Source: Vitrella brassicaformis CCMP3155 (lineage: Eukaryota; Protista; Chromerida). From it: a DNA stretch of 14,906 nucleotides. Each line of letters opens with the position of its first letter. Within the stretch, counting starts at the first letter, position 1. This document shows, in pieces, positions 1 to 8,394 of the stretch. The DNA is taken from contig CDMY01000861.1 in assembly GCA_001179505.1 (NCBI GenBank), positions 1 through 14,906 on the forward strand, given 5' to 3'. The position numbers and the translations under genes are program-made. The notes beneath the pieces were generated by a model, which saw nothing but the letters and a program-made list of their open reading frames with translations, searched no databases and was not told the DNA's origin.

Positions 1-811
1 CGCTTGTCTATCGCCCTCGCGCGTGCGACTAGCTTCTGTCTGCGTGGGGGAGGGAGGGGAGGGTTTGCGGGATTGGGGTGTGCTGATGGGGCGGGGATTG
101 ATTCCTCCTCCCCTTGAGCCTGTTTGACTCTGCGTGCTGATGGGACTGTATTTGTATGAGTATCACGGACACACAGACGAGTGTTACGGTTAATGACAGT
201 TTCCCCTCTATGACGGACTCGGTGGGTGGTCGGACAGAGGGTTACATTTGGCATGCTTGCAGTGATTGAATGAAAGGGACAGCTAGCTAGTTTTTAGTTT
301 GCATTCTTGATGGACTCCTCATGCCGATGCGCTTTCCGTTAATCCCGTGCACACACTTTTCTATTAGGGTTTGTCAATTAGTTGGCGCCCTTGGGTTAAA
401 TTCCGATCTAAAAAAATTAAACCCTAAAACAGCCTAGGACATTCCGTGAAACTGCTCGCTGGGAGCCGCTGCTGCCAGGAATATCTAGAGGGGATCCTCT
501 CAGGATATTACTTGGTGAAGCCTTCAAATCAGACAACGTAAAGCAATGGACAAGCACACGGGAACAAAGTAGATTCTGATGAAACGAGAAACGATTCGGG
601 CCTAAAAAAAAAAAACTTTCTGATCTTCCTCCTCTGGCGATCGTTTCTGGACGTGAATGATGTGAGAATGTAAGGGATTTTACTTCGGGACTCGAAGAGG
701 ATGGAACAGACGCCCTGCGCGCCGAGCATCTGCGAGGCGCCAGGGCGATCAGGGCTTTTTTGGATGGCTGTCTCGAACAGCCAGTACACACGCACCTTTG
801 AAATTCATCCA

Positions 812-1466
812 TCAAGCAAAAGTGCTTTTCGCGATCTTTTTTGGTCGGTCTCTCGAGCGAGGTGCCTCGTTGTCAGCCGTCGATGTGCCCCCACCTGACG
901 AGGTGCCCCCACCAGGCGCGCCCGCACCAGACGACGAGCCCCCACCAGACGAAGACGACTGCTGCTTCTTCTGCACCCACTTCTCTCCTGGGCCAGCCTT
1001 TCTCGGGCCAGCACCGCCACCATTGCCGCCCCCACCGCTCTTCTGGTTGCTCTGGCTGTTCTGGCCCCCACCGGACTTCTTGTTGCCGGCGGTGTAGGCA
1101 GTGCCCGTGTCGATGCCAGGGATGACGTCCGCGTACTCTTGGAAGGTGAGGGACGGCAGGGTGGGCTGGTTGGCGGCTTTGAGCGACTGGTTCATCGCCT
1201 TCCTGGACAGCTCGAGCTGCTGGACGTGCGGCGCCAAGGACTCGGGGATGGTGGCCTTGAGCTTCTGGATCCGGTCCTCCTCGAGCGGCAGCGGCTCGCC
1301 CACCTGCACCATCTCCCTCTCCACGGCGAGGATCTGCACCACCGCCTTGTCGGCCGTCTCCACCCTGCCCAGGTCGAACCAGCGCCTCCACAGCCTGTGG
1401 CCCTTGTCCTCCGCCCGACGCTCTTGGAGAGACACGAGTGCCTTGTAGCCCTCGAGCCCGGTGGTT
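812..1466 (-). mobile_element. Ty1/copia LTR retrotransposon Gag (UBN2/Retrotran_gag_2-like) fragment, truncated
   Basis: The ORF 812..1594(-) segment GLEGYKALVSLQERRAEDKGHRLWRRWFDLG..VVQILAVEREMVQVGEPLPLEEDRIQKLKATIPESLAPHVQQLE..LTFQEYADVI follows the copia Gag pattern (W/Y..L......L.r.l..l ... el..vGe.i.eed.i.klL..lP.sy...v..le ... lt.ee). Strongly GC-biased codons run from about 860 to 1465 only. A G/S/Q-rich tail follows, with no CCHC knuckle, protease or LTR visible. Confidence 0.65.
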
Positions 1467-2642
1467 CTAAGAGGTAAATGGCGAAGGGGAGGCCCATTTT
1501 TCTTCCTTCGAATCCCTAACCGATACGGCGCGCGTGTGTGTGAATACCCTCGTTGCATGCACCCCCCTTTTTGCCTCCCCCTGACCATCACCATTGCTTA
1601 GACAGAGCCTCACAGGGACGAGACATGTCCAGCTGCGCTGTACCTGTCTCCGCCTGCGATTGCAGAATGTGCAACTCTCAGCACCGAGGCATCAGGGAAA
1701 TTCCCCCCATGCACGAACAATCATTGACTCCCATCGTAATGCAGGAGTCCCTCGAGTCTCCCAAGGTATCGATCGGTTCATTGCGACGGTAGTGGTGTCG
1801 AGTCAGCCCACAGCAACCGGAGTGGAGATCAGAGAGAGAGAAGGCGCGCCCATGCGTCGGTTCCTGCCCCAGCGGGTGGTTCACGTCGAACAGCGGAGGG
1901 CCCGTTCATCTTATCTTCTCATCATCCTCGCTGCTGCATCTTCGCCAAGGACTGTGAGTACCTGCATTTAAGATCGACTGAGAGATGAAACAATGGAGAC
2001 ACACAGAGTCTTGGTTGAAGGTTCGGTATGTCTGGGGCACACGTGGGTCTGCACGTCACACATGTATGCCCAGCTTGGACGGCTCCATCCGTCTCTGCCT
2101 TCTGATGGCTTCATGACCTCTTTATTCGTTAATGGTGAGGCTTTACCATGCTTTTTCATTCTCTCGGTGATGTAAGCATTCAAAATCCATCACCGTCCGT
2201 GGCGTAGGTGGTGCACTCTTCAAGTGCCCCACCGCCTACCCCGATTGTTCCAAAAACGACTTCTTCATCCATGCACTGATGCACTTGTCACGTGTATGTA
2301 AGCCAAGCCCGCCCCCCGTTGCCGTCCGTCCTTATAAATCCAGCTACCGACCGCTCTCACGCTCTCTTATGCTCTCTCATTGCCGACATACACTCCAGCC
2401 CTTCTCTCGTCGCTCAGCTCTCAGCCGAGCGCACATAGAGCAGTATGTCACCGCCTCGCCACGGCGACGAAGGTAGCGATGAATCCATCCGTGCAGTGCC
2501 TCCGGTATGTGTATATGCATCACATCATCAACGTACTCGACATACACCCCCTCCAGTAGTGATATCCTCCGTGATTGAGCCGATGGCTCGATGGCAGCAT
2601 CCCTGGCAGACTTCGGCAGCGACGGCAGACACATGGGCGACT

Positions 2643-2672
2643 CCCGTCAGATGGGCAAGCCCATCTGACGGG
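2643..2672. repeat. Perfect 14-bp-stem palindrome (CCCGTCAGATGGGC-AA-GCCCATCTGACGGG)
   Basis: Read directly: 2643-2656 is the exact reverse complement of 2659-2672, with a 2-nt loop. Confidence 0.95.
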
Positions 2673-2954
2673 TGGAGGGAAGGAGAGCCGTCCCGGGGGT
2701 GTCTAGTCGCTCATCATGGCGCCCTCGCCTGTGGCTTCGGCCTCCTCTGGGCCGGCAGGGATGTCGTCAGAGGTGAAGTAGAGAGGGGTGATGTCTCCGG
2801 AGGGAGAGGCTCTTGCGGTCTTGACGGCGATGCGTTGAAGTACCTCGGGGGCAGGGCAGAAGGCTTGGATGCTTGTTCGTTGAAGTCAGGAAGAGAATCG
2901 AGAGCGATGATTTTGTTGATACCAGATGAAGCAGAATGGGCAGAAATGACGACC

Positions 2955-3020
2955 TGATCATACCCATGGGAATGATCATCATACCCCATGGGAATGATCA
3001 TCATAGCCATGGGAATGATA
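2955..3020. repeat. Three tandem 20-22-nt quasi-palindromic units (TCATA-C/G-CCATGGG-AATGATCA)
   Basis: Units at 2958-2978, 2979-3000 and 3001-3020, each centred on CCATGG. A 9-bp stem follows (CCTGGCCGG 3022-3030 / CCGGCCAGG 3043-3051). Confidence 0.9.
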
Positions 3021-3148
3021 GCCTGGCCGGCCAGTCATTTCCCCGGCCAGGGACACAACACTTGACTTGAGCGTCATCTTCACCCACGCACGCCACTGTT
3101 CTTTTCATTTGAGAAATGAGTCATGACAGCCGCTTTTGCCCCTTTGAA

Positions 3149-4013
3149 TCAGTAAAAACGGAGGCTACATGCCTTCCACACGGCGGTGCGTTCTTGTCCA
3201 CTTCTGCCTGGTGGCCAATCTTGTTGACGACTTGCACCCAGATGAGCGAGCGGGTCGAGCAGCTGGTGGAGGTTTGAGTAGAGCAGCTGCCGAGTGCCTG
3301 CATCCATCCGACACAAGAGAGTGATGTGCGGAAAGATAGTGGTGCGTATGAGATGCACGATACGTACCTGTACAGACAGACAGGTGTTGTAGGCGTGGTA
3401 CTCCGTCGGTCATGGTCATGCCCAAGGCTGCGAGCTCCATAGCGCCGTAAAACGGATGCATGCTCTCCAGCCCCAGTGCAACGAACCATGGCCAACATCG
3501 TATCAATCGCCATCAAAACCAAGCGTGGATACAATGGGCCAAAAGCAAGAGGCCAATAACAATACACAGCGTCATGTAGGCGCGACAAAACGAAAAAGGG
3601 TGCAGACAGTAGACAGGTGTACGACAAATACTTCATTAGACGGCAAGAAACGGATTGGACTCAACACAGGGACAGACACACACACACACACACCAGAGAG
3701 AGAGAGATTCATCGCATCAAAAATACAAACCTATCATCGCTATCTAGATTCAATGAGCCGATACTGCTTCTGGAAGACTTTGTTTCAGAGCATCTAGCGT
3801 GCGATTTCCATACCTGACGCCGTGCGTAACACTACTGCCTCATCAACGCTGAAGAACTCACAAATATCTATCTGACTATTTGGATCCCACACCAACTTGA
3901 AGTCCCGCACAATGTCGTCCGAAAACAGCGGCGTCCGAAAACAATGCCATCCTCAGTATCAGAAGAAGATCCTCCCGCCGCGGAAGGGTAGGGTTCCGTG
4001 ATGGCCGTGACAT
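3149..4013 (-). pseudogene. Probable frameshifted, spliced gene of unknown family with a weak F-box-like N-terminal pattern
   Basis: ATG at 4013. Removing a 16-nt tandem duplication (CGTCCGAAAACA at 3916-3927 and 3932-3943) gives MSRPSRNPTLPRREDLLLILRMALFSDDIVRDFKLVWDPNSQIDICEFFSVDEAVVLRTASG. This ends at a phase-1 donor (CAG|GTATGG, 3814/3813) that fits the acceptor at 3298/3297 (GATGCAG|GC) and continues TRQLLYSNLHQLLDPLA... to TGA at 3149. The putative intron has a sense-strand (GT)n tract and a long AG-free pyrimidine-rich stretch. Confidence 0.35.
3676..3706. repeat. Compound (CA)n(GA)n microsatellite
   Basis: acacacacacacacacacaccagagagagagag read directly. Confidence 0.9.
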
Positions 4014-4146
4014 AGATAGACATCACGTTGCATATAGGCAGCTGTTGTCTGTCAGTAGTAAGTCGCATGTGTATGCTGGGCGGACAAGTGCGGATTTCAA
4101 AGCTGATTGTCATCCCTCTATTTGCCTATGGCTAGCTTCAGCGAAT

Positions 4147-6937
4147 CTACCGGCTTTCAGAGACACTGAGGCGTTCGAATTCAACAGGACTAATACGGGC
4201 CACCCAGCCAGCAAAATCAGTCAGGATGCCCTTTCCTTTCCATCCTCTCATTTGCGAATTCTTCACGAGGAAAGCGGTATACCCTGCACCAACGACACGT
4301 CTCCACACAGAGATGAACTCATCCTTGGACATAAGGGTGTCATAAAGAGGAAGGTTGTCCACTCGCAGATCGTATGGCGGCACGATTGGTCCCTTGTTGT
4401 TCTCAAATCNNNNNNNNNNNNNNNNNNNNNNNNNNNNNNNNNNNNNNNNNNNNNNNNNNNNNNNNNNNNNNNNNNNNNNNNNNNNNNNNNNNNNNNNNNN
4501 NNNNNNNNNNNNNNNNNNNNNNNNNNNNNNNNNNNNNNNNNNNNNNNNNNNNNNNNNNNNNNNNNNNNNNNNNNNNNNNNNNNNNNNNNNNNNNNNNNNN
4601 NNNNNNNNNNNNNNNNNNNNNNNNNNNNNNNNNNNNNNNNNNNNNNNNNNNNNNNNNNNNNNNNNNNNNNNNNNNNNNNNNNNNNNNNNNNNNNNNNNNN
4701 NNNNNNNNNGACCCCAGTCTTGGCTCCGCCGTGTCCGGGCAATCTCTTCCATCCAGGCCAACAAGAAGGGATTCCTTGGTTCAAAATTGACCAAAGGATC
4801 GTTTTGAATGTGGAACTTCCACTTCGGGTTGGCGTTGGGGTGCTGCTTGTGCTTTCCATCTACCAAAGTGAACGTGGACCCAAAATAATGTTTCTGTGTT
4901 TCCCCGGGCCATTCCAGGATTGGAAGCACATTTAGATCCTGCATGATGGGGCGCAGCATCAGGTCATCCGTGTCCATCCAGGTACCTCCCCATTTCCACA
5001 GCGCTACAAGCCGAACCGCATCGCTGGTTTCTCTCCAAGCCACAGGTTGCATGCCTTGAAGCGGCGTGTCGTCAAAGAAAGATTGAGACCAAAACAGTAG
5101 ATGCACCTTGGGATATTCAGTCAACTTTTCCTCCAGACTTGCCGATACAATCTTACGCTCCGTAATGAAATAGACATGCGATTTTGGTTGGAACAGGGAT
5201 ATACTCTTAAGCAAATGTTGAAGTTGGCGGGAGCGATAAATGTCGGGCGGTCTTCCGCACCACATGAGAAAAATATTGTCAATCGTGGGCGTAGGATGAT
5301 CAAACGAAGACGGCGTGATGCGTGGATGTCTTGCGAATTCCTCAACCTCGCGATGTACTAGAGTCATTGTCGTCATGAGCGGCAGCTCATTACCTTTCCC
5401 GAATGTAACAGCAAAAGTCCAGGATGGTGATTCGGAGTCCGACTGCTGCTGCTCCGGCCGCCGAGAGAGCCGTCTGGGAAAAGGGGCCAGGCCGACGGCA
5501 AAGTAAAAAGAAGTGTCTCGATTCTGCACGGCAATTGGATCCACTGGCATGATGGACCGACAGCCGGGAATCCATGCATCATAGCTCGGATGTCTCTCCG
5601 CATTAAAGATTACAACGCGATGATCATACCAAAGGTGTCCTTTGATTCGTTTTTGTTGATGAACGATGGCCACCATCAGGGACTTCTCGCTTAGGGGTTG
5701 CTGCATCAAGGCATCAATGGCATGTGCACCATTCAGCCCCCAATCCAATGGCACGAGTTGAGAGCTCCCACGCCACTTGGTACTCTTGAGAGTTTGACAT
5801 GATCCGGGCGATAATGACATGGATGTACGCCAGACGGCTTGACCATTAGTTGTATCGATCCCAGAAACTAACGGTCCGCTATTCTTCTCGGCCCCAAAAT
5901 CCACAAACACGTTGACATTCGTCAGATCAGGAAGGGGATATAGCATCGGCACGAGGTTTTTGCGGGGTATCCGGTCTTCGTGCATCACAAGTTCTACGCC
6001 GCTTAAATTGTCGGTGCACGCGCCGACACAGTTCACTGCCATCATTTGTACGCCTTGATATCCTGAGGGCTTAGGCACGCAACATCGAATCTCGATCGAG
6101 AGGGGCTGCCCATCCATTCCGTGTGGATACCGCTTATCATGAGACGCCTCACATGGCCGCGGACATGAAGCCCACAGAGTGTCGTCGAACCGCAGCGCGT
6201 CCATCCTGAAAATGCGCTGTGAGTAATTGGCCGTCATTCTGTATCCTGCCCGTCTCCAGTGGCCTCGTCTCGTTCCCCCTGAACCCGCCAGAGCAAGTTC
6301 TCCATCCTTTCCATGTCGGGTCAGGAACAGACGCACGTCGGCCACCTTTTCACCCCGCATGTTTTGCACGAAGGTAGGCTCTACAAGCCAATCGCCAACC
6401 TGCACAGACAATCATTACAGAGTATCTTCGCAAGCCTACATTTACCTGCACGGAATGTGATGGCCCGTCAAGAATGTGTTGCAACCGCTGAGGCCGGATG
6501 AAGCCGACGAAATTGTGAGCTCCATACGCCGCGTTGGGAATGCGTGCAAACCATGAGATGGCCAACACCCCCTCCAGACAGTAGGGAGAGACACCCACAA
6601 ATAAGGAACAGAGCGGAGCCCATGCATATTGTGGAACAAAGAGGATGGAGGGGTTGTACGGAAGCCATTTCTCTTGACGAAGGTAGGACCCGCCCAGGGT
6701 AATATGCTGTCCCGATTGGATTAGACGCAGCATGTCTGCGGTCGTCATCGGGATAGCCGCCGGGGGGGCCTCCGATTGTCTCGGGATTGCACCTCGAGTC
6801 TGGTCCAGAATCAAATACCAGCCCAGCCATTGGCAACCCAGAAATAAACCCAGAAATACACATACGGGCCACATCCATCGGACAGCAGGCAGCGGGATAG
6901 ATACAGATTCCGACTGGACTGGACTGCCTTGTGTCAT
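4147..6937 (-). CDS. Type II membrane multidomain glycosyltransferase: signal anchor + GH130/GT91/GT108-like beta-propeller + GT32 (Gly_transf_sug, DxD) domain. Exons 6937-6446 and 6399-4147; contains a 300-N gap
   Basis: GT32 signature SDAVRLVALWKWGGTWMDTDD (about 4963-5025), preceded by IFLMWCG and LLKSISLFQP, with QDWG at the gap edge. Hydrophobic anchor WMWPVCVFLGLFLGCQWLGWYLIL at residues 21-44 after the ATG at 6937. Propeller-type motifs YNPSIL, ADVRLF, KNLVPM, RGSSQLVP, IVH..YDHR, FAVGL and VTFG occur in the expected order. An in-frame phase-0 intron at 6445-6400 joins the two ORFs. Nominal length is about 914 aa, but the true gap size is unknown. Confidence 0.85.
4410..4709. other. 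Assembly gap (300 N) inside the GT32 domain
   Basis: Run of exactly 300 N. All four gaps have the same length, so this is a placeholder size. Confidence 0.99.
6400..6445 (-). other. 46-nt GT-AG intron of the glycosyltransferase gene
   Basis: Minus strand reads CAG|GTAAATGTAGG...GATTGTCTGTGCAG|GTTGGC. It is phase 0 and puts ORF 6350..6952 in frame with ORF 4147..6411. Confidence 0.8.
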
Positions 6938-7358
6938 CCTCCAGCCGATCACCTCACGAAAGAGAACGGCTATGGAACCGCCGGTTGGGAAAAGTGAGCA
7001 GAAACAATGGAACAGAGCAACCCGCTCACTGTGCTTCGTGAAGTGTATTCCGAGTAAGGGGCACCCACTGCGTGGGCATCCCGGGCCGCGAATTGGGCGG
7101 GGGTCGAATAAAGCGTGCGAAGTTCATTCATTCATTCATTCACTCGAGCGTCCTCATGAACACACAAGGCATTCATTCGGACGAATCGAGCGCACTGCGG
7201 GACACCCTGCAGAGACCAGGGCGGCGAGTCCGGCTCACCAAGGTTTCCCTTGGCTACCCCTGGGTTTCACATGCCCCGTATTTTAGAAGCGCGGGGGAAA
7301 AGCGCCCTGCCCCTGTTTGCTATCCCGTCGGGCGACGGCTGGCTGGTTGTGCTCGTGA

Positions 7359-7511
7359 GTGTGTGTGTGTGGGTGTGTGGGTGTGTGGGTGGGTGTGTGT
7401 GGGTGTGTGGGTGGGTGTGTGTGGGTGGATGTGTGTGGGTGGGTGTGGGTGTGCGTGTGTGTGTGTGTGGTGTGTGTGTGTGTTTGTGTGTGTGTGTTAG
7501 TGTGTGTGTGT
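7359..7511 (+). repeat. (GT)n/(GGGT)n microsatellite immediately after a GTGAGT donor-like site (7355)
   Basis: About 150 nt of GT/GGGT repeats read directly. The ORFs crossing it (CVCV/VWV runs) are repeat artefacts. Confidence 0.95.
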
Positions 7512-7720
7512 TAGGTTGTTCGTGAGGGTGCGTGATGTTCAGGTTTCTGTCTGCCCCCTTCCCCCTGTGGCCCGGGATTTTGTCCGTGACTAGACAACGC
7601 TATGAAATAGCGCTTACTCGATGCTAATTGACCAATCGATAAGAGACACAATTAAGAATAAATGACGACAAGCAGACGAGTTAACACGAGTCAACTCGAC
7701 CGATGTCACGCGCACCGCAG

Positions 7721-8108
7721 GTTTCTCTGTGACAGGGTCGCCAATGGCTACGCTACAGCCCACTTTGAGAAGATCGAGGACAAGCTGCGGGAGGTCAGGG
7801 CTAAAGAAGAGGTCCCTGCCCAGGACCAGCCACTGTTCGGCGGCCTTAGCATGCTCCTGTTTGGTGACGTCACCCAGTTCGGTCCTGTGTCGGGCACGGC
7901 GCTGTGGGAGAGGGAGAAGGTGGAACAAAAAAGCAAAATGGCGCGAGGTACGGAATAAACGTTATGCTGCAATATAAAAGCATCTTTCGTGTCAGATGTC
8001 AATTTAGGTGCATTCATCTATGCGGCAGTCATCATGCTGCAAGATGCCAAACGACTGAAAAACACTAACGAAGGCCGCTGGTACAATGGCTCTATCGGGC
8101 ATTGTTGA
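7721..8108 (+). pseudogene. PIF1-family (SF1B) helicase fragment, spliced and degenerate; possibly Helitron-derived
   Basis: HFEKIEDKLREVR...PLFGGLSMLLFGDVTQFGPVSG matches the PIF1 pattern 'id..LR.i...pFGG..vil.GDf.QLPPV'. After intron 7948-8007 it continues GAFIYAAVIMLQDAKRLKN (motif IV-like V.L...R), then NGSIG before TGA at 8106-8108. The Walker B-equivalent position reads LCDRV rather than IIDEV. No convincing Walker A, Rep/HUH domain or C-terminal motifs were found. Confidence 0.72.
7948..8007 (+). other. 60-nt phase-1 intron in the PIF1 fragment
   Basis: CGAG|GTACGG...TCAATTTAG|GTGCA. It is AT-rich and contains the TAA that ends ORF 7662..7958. Removing it extends the helicase-like frame. 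Confidence 0.6.
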
Positions 8109-8245
8109 AATCATCCCCACATGCGATGTCGACCTCCTCCGATGAATCGCATGTCGCCAGGACCGTCACGGGGAGGCGGAGCTGATGCCGTGCTCTATCT
8201 TATGCCTCCATGGCTCTATCGGGCATTGTTGAATCATCCCCACAT
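8086..8245 (+). repeat. 37/36-bp direct repeat (ATGGCTCTATCGGGCATTGTTGAA(A)TCATCCCCACAT) at 8086-8122 and 8210-8245
   Basis: The two copies are identical except for one A indel. Confidence 0.95.
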
Positions 8246-8306
8246 TTTTTAAAACGTCCCAAATGTGCTGAAAATATAAAAATCGGCAAACCGCCGAGAA
8301 ATATTT
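8188..8306 (+). repeat. Diverged, rearranged copy of the 9954-10080 repeat family
   Basis: Shares CCGTGCTCTA, GCCTC..ATCGGGCATT and CATTTTTTAAAACGTCCCAAATGTGC.GAAAA..AAAAA.CGG.AAACCGCCGA..AATATTT with 9954-10075. Confidence 0.85.
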
Positions 8307-8394
8307 GGGAATCGTCAAATGAACAAATATTTGATCAATCAATAGCCCCCATGATTGAGTTGGTGATTTCTCGGCTGTTTCTCCTCCTTTTCGG

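Noticed and set aside
382-392. TGGCGCCC resembling a tRNA-Lys primer-binding site
   Set aside because: Only 8 nt, not directly behind an LTR-ending CA, no LTR pair found, and on the opposite strand to the Gag fragment.
417-815. ORF 417..815(-) and its partly protein-like antisense frame
   Set aside because: No recognisable motif, crosses a 12-A run, and the antisense frame has several stops.
852-1457. CTCGAGC at both ends of the Gag fragment as a possible TSD
   Set aside because: The same heptamer recurs inside the fragment (Leu-Glu codons), so it is expected by composition.
798-1477. Several overlapping ORFs (798..1097, 873..1391, 1101..1448, 1139..1477 etc.)
   Set aside because: Shadow frames of the GC-biased Gag coding strand.
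1505-1520. TTCGAATCCC resembling a tRNA T-loop
   Set aside because: No acceptor, D or anticodon stems can be folded around it.
2445-3010. ORFs 2445..2957(+) and 2714..3010(-)
   Set aside because: No recognisable domains. They run through the palindrome and tandem repeats and look like GC-rich open frames by chance.
2955-3020. CRISPR-like appearance of the palindromic repeats
   Set aside because: The units are contiguous with no unique spacers, the context is eukaryotic, and no cas genes are present.
7250-7354. ILEARGKSAL as the PIF1 Walker A in an upstream exon ending at GTGAGT (7355)
   Set aside because: Lacks the GxxGxGKS glycines, and its phase-0 donor does not fit the phase-2 start of the 7721 exon. 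No APTG motif was found in between.
7072-7525. ORFs 7072..7500 and 7250..7525 with Cys/Val-rich tails
   Set aside because: The tails are translations of the (GT)n microsatellite.
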